Shown piece by piece: positions 12,807 through 25,339 of a stretch of 64,000 nt of DNA. The stretch's first letter is position 1. Every line of letters starts with the position of its first letter. The translations under genes and the position numbers were made by a program. This DNA comes from Girardia tigrina (lineage: Eukaryota): positions 1 through 64,000 of the forward strand of contig MQRK01186600.1 in assembly GCA_001938485.1 (NCBI GenBank). The letters run 5' to 3'. Under the pieces are notes generated by a model. It ran no database searches and was not told the DNA's origin. It was given only the letters and a program-made list of their open reading frames with translations.

Positions 12807-13329
12807 TTAGTTTGTGATAGTTTTAACGGAAACAATCTTCTCCTCATTGCAAGCACTCATGACAGTGACGACAACCATATCGTTCTTCTCAAATCGAGCA
12901 CGGATATCATTGCTCAATTCACCTCCTGGAAGTTGAACATCTTCTTTAACATCACCCTTTTCTGACATTAAACTGACGTAGTCATCACTGGTGATATCCA
13001 AAAGTTGGTATTCAACTCTCTTAACAATTGGCATTTCTTTGTTGGCAGTTGAAGGTGACACGTCCTCGCATTTTCTGTCATTGAAGATATCGATAGCCGT
13101 GACGTGGACTTTGGCAGATCCGTGCTTTCCGGTCTTGCAAGTGCTCATGTCAACAATTTTGCATGGTCGATCTTTGATCATGATATATTGACCCTTGCGG
13201 AAGGCGCTCATCTGGACCGGAACGGATAGAGATGCTCCAGCATCAGCAGTTTCGAATGTATCTTCAAAGTCAGACTAAAAAAAAGATTTAAATATAATAT
13301 AATAATAACATCAAATAATTTTTTACCAT
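12807..13329 (-). CDS. eIF5A: Eukaryotic translation factor eIF5A, 156 aa; exon 1 = ATG 13329-13327, intron 13326-13275 (52 nt, GT..AG), exon 2 13274-12807
   Basis: Spliced product MSDFEDTFETADAGASLSVPVQMSAFRKGQYIMIKDRPCKIVDMSTCKTGKHGSAKVHVTAIDIF...; the ADAGAS, RPCKIV, KTGKHG and YQLLDI motifs are diagnostic; the frame was checked across the intron. Confidence 0.96.
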
Positions 13330-13528
13330 TTCAATATTTAATTTTTATGTTAAAGTATCAATTTGAACAAATTAAAATTAATTTTTAAATCGAAATTATG
13401 AATTAAATTTTTTTTGAAAATTTTCTTTAAAAAAAACTATTTAAAGAATTTTTAATTTTTTTAACGAGTTTTCACTTTAAATTAATATTTTTATTCATTG
13501 TGAATTTATTTTTCCTCTTTCGTTTACT

Positions 13529-13617
13529 CGTGGAAATAGTTTATTTTCGGGAGAATTAATAAATTTTATAATTGTGACGAAGTTTACTAATTTTATCGAA
13601 AATAAACTATTTCCACG
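13529..13617. repeat. 89-bp hairpin upstream of eIF5A
   Basis: Perfect 21-bp arms CGTGGAAATAGTTTATTTTCG / CGAAAATAAACTATTTCCACG, with further imperfect pairing inside. Confidence 0.9.
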
Positions 13618-14479
13618 TTATAATAATTAATAAAAATCTCAATTTAAAATAAAATTTTCTCAATTTCAATTATAAAACGAATTTTAAAAAATTTTGAATT
13701 TTATTTTTCTTTTAGAAATATATTTTTAACTTATAAAATGAAATTAAATTTTTTTGATTAATTTACGTTTTTGAAATAATTATTATTAATATAACAGTAA
13801 AATATAAGTTAATTTTGAATTTTATTCAATTTTGAAAAACGAATGAACTAATTAAAGATAATTAAAGTATGACATTAAAAAATCGTACAAAATTAAAAAA
13901 ATCAAACATTTTTAGTTATTAAACTAGTAAATCCAAAAAAATTATATCCATGCTTTATGCGGGCAGAACTCTACTCGGCCAACAGAATGTTTTTTGTATT
14001 CTTTTGTATAAGGGAAAATCTCTATTACCCTAATTTACTTTTCGAAAAATTTACGGGTGCGGGTTAAACATGAGCGCGGGTTATATACTAAACTTTATTT
14101 TCAAAAGGTACTTGATGATCAAAAATTGAGATGTGGGTTATACACGGGTATGGGGTATCCGCAGTATATTAGACTACATTTTTTAATAAATTTATTGCTA
14201 TTAGTAACTATTTAAATCTTTTACAGAAGACAAAATTTCATACAAAAAATTTTACTGCTCATTTTTCAATTAAATAGTTACTAATCAAATAAAAAAATTT
14301 ATTATAAAGCATGAATGGAAAAATCAAAACATTTTTATTTAATTATTGTTTAAACATTTTTGGCTAAGTGTATAACGTTTTTTGCAAAAAAAATTTTGAT
14401 TTGTTATTTTGATCAAATTTTTACATAATCATTAATTGTCATCGAGAATGAGTGAGTGTGCAAAGATAGGGGGAAATTG

Positions 14480-16764
14480 GGTACCACGGTAAAATGTCGA
14501 AAAAAACGTCGAATATAAAAAGTCGAAAAAAAACTTCGAATTGTTAAAAAAAATCGAAAAAAATTTTTTAATAAAATGTGTTATTAAATAAGTGAATAAA
14601 TGAATAACTTAATGAAATTTCTAAATATACTTAAATTATTTTATAAAAAAATTATTATTTAAATTATTAAATTATTATAAAGTATTAGTCATAAATTAGA
14701 AGAATATATTTATTCGATAACTACAAATATTTTGTAGCAGTACATATTACTAATCTATAATGATGCCAGTATCGTCTTCTTCAATATCATCCATATTTCA
14801 GATTTAGTGCTGCAGCATTATTGACAAGCTCTTGTGACTCTTGCTTTTGTAACTCTTGAAGAATAAATGGCCTTAATCTATCATGCTTGGCAATGAATGT
14901 CTCTTGAAATGATGAAAACCTATCCAAATAGCCAGCACGAAGAGCATTGAAAACACAGGCATCAGTGATCTTGCTCCAGGCCTCTTTCACCCATCCAATA
15001 ACTTGTAATCTTGGCTTTACAAAATTACCACGCACATTCCTCACAATCCTGTGCGCAATATAATCATCTATTTCCTTATGCAGATTGTCCTTAAAAGGCT
15101 TGTTAATTGCCAAATCCAATGTTTGAAGATAACCAGTCATACCACCAGGTATCATAAATTGATCTATTCTTCTTTCAGATAAAAAAAGTCTTCATCTCCT
15201 TTGCGCGATGAGTACTGGCTGCATCCCAAATAATAAGACCTCTTTAGCTTCCTCTTAACACCAAAGGCAGCATTATATCAATCCACTTTTTGATAGCAGT
15301 TTGGGTACTCCATGCTTTTTCTGTTTCTAGTATATAAATTCCTGAGACAAGCTCAAGTTTCTCCTTCTTGCCTTTTATAATTAAAAAAGGAGTTGTTTTT
15401 ATTCCATCCTGTCAAATTGCAAGAATACATGTTACTCTTGCACTTTCATATCCAGCAGCAGGAATGTACATTGATGAAGCTCCTTTGGCATCATCTGTTC
15501 TCTGTGAACCTCCTTGACCCATAAAAACTGCTGTCTCATCCATTGCAATTACATTAGAAGGGTGGTACTTAGACATATCTATCATACCAAGATAGTTTTT
15601 GAATGCAATTGCCCTTTTAACAATTTCAGAATCTTCCAATTTTTTAGAGAGATGTATATCTCCTTAAGGATAAATCATATCGTTTCATGAGTTTACTCAG
15701 CCAACAGTCTGGGGCCTTGAACTCCATGGAAGCAATACCAAGAGAAGAAGCCCTTTTTAAAGCAAACTGTTGAATATCCCCTCGTCTAACAATCGAGCTA
15801 TTGGCACATTTATCAATGATCTAGTCAAAAATTATATCTTCAAGCTCTGGAAAGGATGGACGTCTTCCTGCACCACACTTTCGTTGCTTCTCCTTCTTTT
15901 CTTCCATTTTAGGAAGTAACATGTCATGCTGTGATTGCCACTTTCTGAATAAGCGGAGATCTAAATTCTTCTCTTTGCAGAATGCTGTAAGATTATTTCT
16001 CCCCAAAGATTCCTCCACTATTACCTTCTTAAACTCAACAGAATAACTCTTTCTTTTTAAACTCATTGTATCGGTTCAAACTAAAAACAATTTCAAAAAA
16101 TGTAAAACTTAGATTAATCCAAACTGAAATTATACTAAAACCAAAAATGTAATATTTAACAATATTTTTATGTAATAAATCGATTGAGCATTGATATCTA
16201 ATTTAGTTTAACAATTTTTACCTATTCTTATAATCGATGTAGGTCTTATACAGGAAAAATTTTCAGAGAATATGTTAGGTCTTAAAATCAAGATAGGTCA
16301 TATAATCTAGAGAACACGGTATTATTTTAAAAATTTAAATTTTTTATTTACAGTTTATAATTACAATTAAAAATAAATTTCATAGATCAGAGTAAATCTT
16401 TAAGTTTTTGATTTTCAATTTCAACTATAAAAAGATTATAAATACCAATTTTACAAAGAAAATTAAAAGCCTAAACCTTACTTTATGAATTTATATTTTG
16501 AATAGTTAGAGAAGTAGATTTTACTTACCCTAATTGATTTTAGGTATATAAAATATAAAAAATATATATTTGGTAATTTGAATCCAACACTTAAAAATTC
16601 CTTATCTTGACGAATGGTGAAACCATTAGGAGAAAATAGAAATATGTGGTTTTTAACAAAAATTAATAGTTTTTGTTTCGTTATTTTTTCGACGTTTTTA
16701 TTTTCGATTTTTTATTACATCATTATTTTTCGATGTTTTGTTTTCGACGTTTTAACGTGCCACG
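14480..16764 (+). mobile_element. Mutator-like element (MULE), internally deleted
   Basis: TIRs with tandem TCGAAAA units; 8-9 bp TSD with one mismatch (GGAAATTG/GAAAATTG); 16565-16670 matches the MULE transposase tail at 24080-24230. Confidence 0.8.
14740..16321 (-). mobile_element. pogo-family transposon with disrupted transposase (14787-16066)
   Basis: KRKSYSVEFK, GAGRRPSFPELE, IAMDETAV, WDAASTH, IPGGMTGYLQTLDLAINKPFK; TA-CCGTG terminus at 16321. Confidence 0.92.
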
Positions 16765-17182
16765 GAAAATTGATTGCGTAAAAGACCTCCAAAAAAGATT
16801 TCTAAATTCCATGGATACATATAAACAGTAAATATTGTCCATATGCAAGTCGCTTGGTGCCGCAAAAATTTGCATATAAGCAATACTTAATGTATATACA
16901 TATAAAGTAAGCGAATATAAAGTGTAGTGCCCATTATTATAAAAAATTGTGACACTAACAAATTCATATTTTTTTTATTAAATTATTTTTTTAATTATTA
17001 TTATAACTGTTATGCGAATGGGAATTAAAGTCAGAGTGGACTAAAATTAGAAATTAAAAATCCAATTTCAACAATTAATTAAATTGGATTTCAAAAAAAA
17101 CATTCTTGTTTAAATATTCACTGTTATCTTGTAAATGTTATACTAATAAAATTCTTACAAATTCTCTTCTCTTAATTTTTTC

Positions 17183-17480
17183 ATGAGTGATTTTTACCGC
17201 GAGTTGATGACTCCGCAAAACGGTCGCCGCCTCATAAAGCATGGAAAAATTAATAAAATTGATAAAAATAATTCTATTATTAAAAAACATACCAGAATCA
17301 TAAAAAATATATATAAAAATCGCGAGACAAATAAAGAGTGCAATTATTGTTTGGTCCTTGTGACATAAAAATTATAATAAAAAACTTTATAATTGTGAGG
17401 AATGTTTTGAATTGTGTGTTGATATTGTGCATGTAGAATGTTGATTCGGATTGTGCCTCTCCTACACAGATGGATGATTG
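17183..17480 (+). mobile_element. Possible piggyBac transposase C-terminal Cys-rich fragment
   Basis: KECNYC...YNCEECFELC..VEC spacing, with stops. Confidence 0.35.
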
Positions 17481-18889
17481 ATATTTTCTTTGATTCTTAC
17501 TTATTAAAAATAACTTAATTTAATTTTAAAGTAAAAAGATTTAAAATAATTTTTGAATTTATTATTTAATTTTTAATGTAATTTAAAATTTTAATATATT
17601 AATTTAATATATACTTTTTTTAAAAATATTTAAATTTAATTTTAACCAATTAGATTTTTTATAATTAATAATTTTATTAAAAGATCTTCATTTATTGAAA
17701 ATAATTAGTTTGAACTCAGAAATAAATTGATCAAGAAAAATGTCAAACAGTGAATGCGCTTGTGGTATTAATAAATGTTGTAAAACTCATATTGATGTTG
17801 TTAATAATAATTAAATAATAAAAAAAATATAAAATACAATTGAGTAAAACAAAACATATAAAAGGATATAATTTTTTTATAACTTATATAAATGACATTA
17901 AATCAATTTAAATTATTATTTAAAATATCCTTATTTATTGTCTTCAAACGAGAGAATAAATTAAAAGGAAACATTTACTACATCACTTAAATTTTGGGTC
18001 ATGTTTTGTTCCAAATAGAACTTCTTCACCTGCCTCGTCGAGTGAAAGAACAAACTTCAAAAAAGTACAAATTGTAAGCACAATTGAAATCACATAAATT
18101 AGAAAATTCTTTTTGGCAATAAAAAAAATGAACTAAAAATTCAATTATGACTTGTATCAATAAAATATTTTGATTTACAAATTGTTTTCACAACCAAAAT
18201 TTTGTAAATGTCCCCCCATCATTCAGTGAATCACCACAGGAAATAAAATAAAAGTCACAATATGTTATCATTAAATATATTCATAATTTTGTCATTGAAA
18301 ATGCTATTATATTAGTTTGTCTTTTTTAATTTAAAGACAAATCAAAGCCATTATAAGTAATTAATATAGTTTATAAAATTTTAATCCCAAGCGAATGAAT
18401 TTCTGGCACATTCATTCAGTAAGAGTTCCCCCATTCAAATGTTACATAAATAAGTTTAAATTTTGAGTAAAAATGATTCACTCTTGCTTCTAACAGGCAA
18501 GTAATATTGACGTCTTATCTTCTTAAGTCTTCAGTTCTTTATTTGATAATTTCCACGGAAAATTAAAAAAAAAACTTTATAAATTTAAACACGATTTCTG
18601 AAATCAGTCATCATGAAGAACTTTATTCGATATCTGACAAAAACTTAATAAATATATTTGCAAACCAAGAGATTGACTTAAAAGAGATACTTTTCGATAA
18701 CAACTTTTTTCTTACATTGTAGAACACAAGTGGGACTCGAAAAGGATGGATTTGAAATAAAACCAAGACCGAAAAACTACCGGTCTAAACAATTTGTATT
18801 TTATTCAATATCACATGCCAACTACCTTTAAGGAACATAATTTTAAAAGTCGTCATTTATTGTCAAAAGCAACTTCGTCAAATAGCTCA

Positions 18890-19125
18890 TGGCTGCCATA
18901 ACCGCCAGCCCCATCAAACAGTTCCCTCGTCATAAGCCTTCAGTCTTCCGATCCACACAAAACGATGTCGGGGCTTCACCCGCACTATGACACTCCTAAG
19001 CAATCAGATCTACCTCTTGATCGCCCAAGTGTTCTCACAGCCCTCATTATCAACATGTCAAGTTGACATGTCAGGTTGACATTGTCAACCATCCGTACAA
19101 CGACCTCCGGTTCACACTTCTGAGA
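18890..19125 (-). pseudogene. Immunoglobulin-domain fragment
   Basis: PEVVVRMVDNVNLTCQL (B-strand Cys); shifted frame ENTWAIKR (C-strand Trp) and FVWIGRLKAYDEGT (LxIxxxxxxDxG); the following YxC is missing. Confidence 0.45.
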
Positions 19126-19660
19126 TAACAGTAAAAGTAGGCTAACTGATAAATTGTAATCTAGTTATCAGTGAACATGCTTTTAACTATAAAAAATAAA
19201 TAAAAAAAATGAATATTAAAATAATATTTTAAAATATATAATTAATAACTGAAAGAAAAAAAGAAGTTGCTTAAAATGAACGATCACAAATAACGGGAAA
19301 TAGAGTTCTTGATGGAAAATTAGTAATAAATCAGTTACTTTAAAAAATTTGGGTAGTTGAAATATGAATAAAATCTTTGATTTGATTGCTAACAAGGGGT
19401 CTTTCCTCTTTGAAATTGTTTGAATTAATTGAATACTCTTTTTTAATTTGATTTATATAATCATATGATCAATAGATAAATACAGTAGATGAATTGTTAG
19501 GAAATTATTTGGTTGATGGAATTTTGTGATAGAAAGCTTTTAGGATTGAACGGTTAAGAACTTGAACGATTTCTCAAAGAATCCACGGGAAATTATACTC
19601 AATTAATATCACAGCAATAATAAGAGTCAGGTTAGTCAATCAATAAATAATTATATCGAT

Positions 19661-19709
<49 letters not shown>

Positions 19710-19711
<2 letters not shown>

Positions 19712-20301
19712 GTCAGGTGCAAATGTTTGTGAACGCTTGTTTCTATACTACTTTTTGTTGTTCCACTGTATGTTTGTGTATTCCTTGTTAAGTATACATA
19801 AACCATTTAAATGATTAAATGCATAATGGAGCACGTTGCCACAATGTCAAGGCTGTTCCAGAGTGGTTAGCGCAGTCAGGCTTCCGAATTCTTGGTCCTT
19901 GACCAGACAACTCATCGGATCTCAATCCGATTGAGAATGCCTGGACCCAGGTGAAGAAAAAACTTGCTTTCATGCACCCAAATTCCCTGCAGGACATGAT
20001 CAAAGCAGTGAAAACTGTTTGGACTAAAAAAGTGTCACCAGACTATTGTAAAAAATTATACCGTTCGATGCCTGACCGAATTTTTTCTGTTCTCAAAAAT
20101 AAGGGTAAACACACAAATTACTAAATATACACTGATTTTTCGTGGTTTATATGCCAGTTATGATAAGTTTTGATAAATTTGTGTCTTATTATAATGTTCT
20201 AATAAAATCTTTGTATTTTGGTGTGCTTTTGTCAATATAATTGCAGTTAAGTGCAAAAGACAATTTAACAACAAGCGTTCACAAACTTTTGCACCTGACT
20301 G
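19710..20301 (+). mobile_element. Internally deleted Tc1 element flanked by (TA)n tracts
   Basis: 31-bp TIR (C)AGTCAGGTGCAAAxGTTTGTGAACGCTTGT; C-terminal transposase NGARCH..SSDLNPIENAW..SMPDRI..KGKHTNY*. Confidence 0.92.
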
Positions 20302-20572
20302 TATATATATATATATATTATTTGTTGTATATATATTATTATATCAGTGTCTATGTAAATCAATACAATAACCTATCTCAAACATTTATAATTTATTTTT
20401 TATATAAAGTAGAACTTCTTTAGTACAGACCGTAAAAAATGGTCCGTACTAATCAATGTGCGTTATAGACGAGTTCGTTATAACGAAGTTTTTTATATTG
20501 AATAAGTATATGTTAAATCATGTTAACAAAACATCGTTGAACGTGTATTGATAATAATAATGATCATCTTCA

Positions 20573-21195
20573 CAAGTGCGGATTCAGGAGGGGGTATATA
20601 CCCCGACCCGAGAATCTCAAATTTCAACATATAACAGTGTAGCGGGATTGAGGGTTTTGCCAAAGAAAACTCAAATTTTATTGGTTCCCAACGTATAGTT
20701 GTTCATTTATAATTATATCAAGATTTCAATAATCTAATGAGCTTTAATGCCAAATTATTTTGTTTAGAAATATTATAAGAAAATACACCAAGATTTCATA
20801 CCAAACGTTTACTCTTATTTAAGTAAATGCTCTCAATTCCGCTACACTGTTCTATGTTTATTTATACACTAGGATGCTACACTGTCTCACTTAAATTTAA
20901 AGTTAATCTATGAATTTTATAGTAAATATTTTATGGTATACCAATTTGGTAACAGAATTAACATATCCTTACTAGTTACAATCGCGATATCTCTTTCTCT
21001 AATGTCAGGAATCATTTTTTTTATGTAACTCGCATGTCGCTGTTTTACAAATAGTGTACGAAATTTGTCATTTGATCAAATAGGTCAATTATCTAAAAAA
21101 ATGATAATAAAATACTTTAATCGGATTCCTATAATTTTATTAATTATATTTATTAAAAAATTACCCCCCAGGTTTGTCTCATGCACCCAGCCTTG
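20573..21195. mobile_element. hAT-type MITE
   Basis: Perfect 8-bp TSD CATCTTCA (20565-20572, 21196-21203); CAAG..CTTG termini. Confidence 0.8.
20626..20858. mobile_element. MITE nested in the hAT MITE
   Basis: About 28-bp TIR AACATAxAACAGTGTAGCGGxATTGAG. Confidence 0.8.
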
Positions 21196-21569
21196 CATCT
21201 TCAACAAATTATTGTTTTAATATCACAGAAGTAATATTTCAATAATCCATATTTTATTTATTTAAAATAATTGTTAATTAGACTGACTATAAAAAGATCA
21301 TAAAATTATAATTATAAATTTATGAAGGTTGATTCTGGAAGAATAAATAATGTATTAAAAATTGTTTTATTGAAAATTTATTATTGTTGGGGGGAAGATT
21401 TATTAATTGAAGAAGAACTTTATTTATTTTTCCATTTTTAATTTGGCAAATGTAATACATTCTTAATTACATAACTGATAATTTAGATATTTTATTATGT
21501 TACAAAACCATTAATTATGTATTTAACTAATATTATTTTCATTGAAAAACGTATTTTAAATACATTTTC

Positions 21570-21994
21570 AGTATCTGGATTTGTTCCAAGATTTTTATTA
21601 CAAAATGTTATCAGATAATCTTTCAAATTTTATGTGTTACATAATTCTTCGTAATCGTAAAGTGCAGATTACGTATACGAAGCACGGCGGGGTTATCGCT
21701 CTTGGAGAACAAAATACATGTTATAAGAAAATTCAATGAAGAAATTTGTGTCATTATGGAAGAATGTTAGAAAAGAATGGTTACATTAATGCTTCAAATA
21801 GACGTGTAGAAGTTGAAGGGATACGTAGAATTTTGCACTGTTCTTTTATTTTACATATATTTTTACCAATTTTTCTTATTCTTTTGAGGTTTAATATTGT
21901 TATTATTGAAAGGGACACATGTAAATATTGTATAACTTTTTATTACAATCCTTTAGTATGTTTCTTTGACGATCAGGAAATAGTTATTTTGTAG
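21570..21994 (+). pseudogene. Possible class A GPCR TM5-TM7 fragment
   Basis: SGFVP / FITKCYQIIFQIL (TM5-like), RRILHCSFILHIFLPIFLILL (TM6-like), FYYNPLVCFFDDQEI (NPxxY-like); frameshifted. Confidence 0.3.
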
Positions 21995-22529
21995 GTCGTT
22001 TTAGAATCGTGCCTCTCTTACCCGGTAGCTTGATTTATATTTTTATTATTTTAAAGACATTTACTTTTAAACTTAAATTTTACAGATTTTAGAATTATGA
22101 AATTAAAAAAAAATCAATATTTTATCTTCGCAATTTAAAATAACTAAATAGAATGAATTAATATTTTTAAAAGGTATTATATGCTACAAGTGATAACGAA
22201 ATAAATTCAATTTGAAACAAATCGACTTGCCGGTTTCGAGATATTAAAACAAAATAAATTAAAATTAAATTAAATAGTTTAAACCAGCGTTGTCTAAAGT
22301 GTGACACGAGGGTCACTTCAAGTTATTATTTATTACGTAAAATTCACAAACTCATCATTAAAAGAAAAAAAAGTTGATAAATTTTTTTAATTTACTTTTG
22401 AAAATCTACTTAAATAACATGTTTTTTTCTCTATGGAAGAATAACAATCACATTAAATTAGTTTATTTACTGTGAGTAGTATGTCAAAGTTTTGTGTATA
22501 GTTATGCCTTGATAATCCACACATTGATA

Positions 22530-23950
22530 GTACGGTCATTCGTCATACGAACGAAGTTTTTTTCCAATTTTGGTTATTCTAGATCTAATTACTAATTATG
22601 TATAAATAGAAACCGGATCTTAAGATATGGCCGGTTTTTTAAGAGTATTGTTATAAATCAATTTATTATTTTTTTATTAAAAATCTTTAAATTAATTTTA
22701 CTCTATTTTAAATGTAACAAAATCAAGTTCAATTGTTAAAAAGAACAAAAAACTGTATTTTTTTAAGTAAAGACGAAAAAGAGCAGATTTATTACCTCTT
22801 CAGGAAAAAGATGTTTGTTGTACGAAGAAAATGTAAAATGAAGCTACTAAAAATCTAAAGTTGATATTTTATCAAATTTTGCCATTAGTCTTGGAAAGTT
22901 AACTACATGATATATCATAAGAAACTAAGACAAGTAGCTTAAATCATAGGAAATGGTCAGTAATTTAAGAAGACACAAATTGAGATTTCCACAGCTGGTA
23001 GATTTTAAAAAATATTCGATTTATAAAAGCAGTTCAAAAGCATCGTTGAACATTGTGATATTTAACGACTTTTTACATTTTTTCTCGAAGAGATGATTAA
23101 GTTAAAATACAATGTGATTTTATTACTGGATAACGTCCTTCGCACAAACTTTTATAGGCATTTCCAAACGCGAAATTCGTAAATCTTCCAGAAAATACGA
23201 CGACTAGCCTTCAACCGATGAATGCTGGTATTATTAATTCATTTATAGTACAGTAAAAAATAATGATTTCGAGATACATCGAACATGTTAAATTAAATGA
23301 AACTAGTAAATCAAAAAATTTAAATTTTTATATCTTTTCTTTATGCAGACAGAACTCTACTTTGCCAACAAAGTTTTTAAAATTAAAAAAAAATTAATTA
23401 AAAAAACACATAAAAAATTAATATAAACTACTTATAATTTATAAGTAGATATCTTGCAATTAATATTGTTCAGGAACTCCGAATTTTCCGTTTTTCCCAT
23501 TTTGGGATCTTAAAAATTTTTTTCGATCAAATTTTCACATGATCATTTATTGTCATCGAGAATAAGTGTAAAAAGATTGAAGAAAATCGATTGAGTAAAA
23601 AGCCTTCAAAAACAGGTTTCTAAATTCCATGTATATATATACCTATATAGAAAGTAAGCTAATAAAAATAATGCAAAAAAGACAAATTGGTGTAAGACAA
23701 GCTGTTATTTTCATTCAAGATGCTTGGTCAAATGTGACATAAAAACCATTTGAAAATTGTTACAATAAAACTGATATTAAACACAAGGATAATGACAATA
23801 TTGAGCCCCTAGATGAAAGAATATACACTGAATTTAATGATCTTCTTCAGGAATATGGATCAAATTTAGATCCTGATCATTTTATTACGTTTGACAGTGA
23901 AATTGATTCAGAAGAAATTTTGGGAGATATGTAAGGAGATATCTAGGTAA
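22530..23950 (+). mobile_element. Tigger/pogo transposase relic interrupted by a DINE-like repeat
   Basis: VILLLDN, LPENTTTSLQPMNAGIINSF before the insert; QAVIFIQDAWSNVT after it. Confidence 0.75.
23301..23667. mobile_element. Helentron/DINE-like repeat, empty-site paralog of 13922-16927
   Basis: Colinear homology; lacks the MULE at AGAAAATCGATTG. Confidence 0.6.
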
Positions 23951-23958
23951 GAAGGATG

Positions 23959-24440
23959 CGTGACACGTTAAAACACCGAAAATAAAAACGTCGAAAAATA
24001 TTTATTAATAATAAATTAAACCAGTCAATTCCAAAATATATGTTTCTGGATTTCTATTGGCTTGGACTATTAAAAAAGTTATTAATTTTTCGTTAAAAAC
24101 CACATATTTCTTTTTTTCTCCTAATGGTTTCACCATTCGTCAACATAAGGAATTTTTGAAAACACAACCTTTCTACGAATTTTACTTTCTGCATAAAATT
24201 TTTAAGTGTTGAATTCAAATTACCAAATATTTCTGAATGAATTGTGCCATCCTTCAATGGCATTATTAGTTCTTGGAATATCATTACAAAGACGTGTTCT
24301 TGCATGACATAAATACAATGGGAAACTTACCTTACCTTAAATTTCATCAAGTTCCGTTCCCATATAATATTCGTGAAAATATGAGTGTAAATGCATTATA
24401 TTTGATTAAATTTAATTATTATATGAATAATAATCATTGA
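23959..24440 (-). mobile_element. MULE right end and transposase C-terminus
   Basis: PRTNNAIEGWHNSF motif; TIR CGTGACACGTTAAAAC matches the 16764 end. Confidence 0.8.
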
Positions 24441-24449
24441 TAACAGATT

Positions 24450-24720
24450 GGGCGGCGTAGTGATGTGACTGCGGCGGATTGGTGACTGTAATGACTCTAT
24501 TGACAGAGGGAAAGAACAAAATAATATCAAACCCGGAAAGAGAGGAAATAAAATAGAGTCATTTTTTTGATTTTTAAGGTCATTAGATTCCGCGCCCTAG
24601 TAATAACTGTTTTTAAATATACGAGCTTAGTCAGATATTGTCTATAAAAATATCCAACGATCCAGGAACGTCCCATCAACATCGAAATTCTGCAACTGCT
24701 CAACTGAGCCGATTCTACTT
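24450..24720 (+). pseudogene. Cadherin-like fragment
   Basis: DSIDRGKEQ and YPTIQERPINIEILQLLN*ADS (cf. YxxxIxExxPxxxxILQLxAxDAD). Confidence 0.3.
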
Positions 24721-24824
24721 TCATTATAATTATTATAACCTTTGAATCTTTTCATATAAGGAACACATGATATTTTTACGTAATAGCAAAAAAATAATTA
24801 ATAAAAAAGTGATGATATAAAATA

Positions 24825-25328
24825 TATTTCGTAAGAAGCAAAACATTCGATTACCAACGAAATGAAATCAGTTAATCAAAGATATTAGAATCAAGTCGAG
24901 CATGAATAATTTACGAGATGCTTCCACACGCTCGTACCCCATGACACTCACCTTTGATTGCCAAAGTTCCGCTTGACTCACTCGATCACTCGATCGGAAA
25001 ATGCTCAAAGAATTACTATCGATTTGCTTTTCCAAATAAAATTAGAATTATTTATTTCAATTAATTTGTTTTTATTTAATTTCAAGTACAAAATGACATA
25101 CAACAAATATTGATCCGATCAAACTTCAATGATGAAACATTGTTGATCAGATTGTATTTATCGAAATACGTTCGAAATATGTAATAATAAATAAAGATCG
25201 AATATAACGCGAATTCTTCAAATATTCCTTCATCCTCGAGGATCTGTTATTTCCTCGATCAATTATGATAGTATTACTTATAGTAGTTCAATTATATTCT
25301 CTAAAATATAAATAATTAAAAATAATAA
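24825..25328. repeat. About 504-bp direct duplication, copy 1 (cadherin-like remnants on the minus strand)
   Basis: Near-identical to 41898-42402; minus frames give ITDP, DEGIFEEFALYSI, LKFDR, SGTLAIK, MGYE. Confidence 0.9.
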
Positions 25329-25339
25329 TGAATAAATTG

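Larger units (their letters stand above)
13922..16927. mobile_element. Helentron/DINE-like interspersed repeat, split by the MULE insertion
   Basis: Blocks at 13922-13985, 14408-14479 and 16765-16920 are colinear with the copy at 23301-23667; family name inferred from the AACTAGTAA..AAAGTAAGC termini. Confidence 0.55.

Noticed and set aside
12807-13329. Archaeal horizontal origin of eIF5A because of GKHGSAK
   Set aside because: Has a spliceosomal intron, the eukaryote-type acidic N-terminal extension and a eukaryotic C-terminal domain
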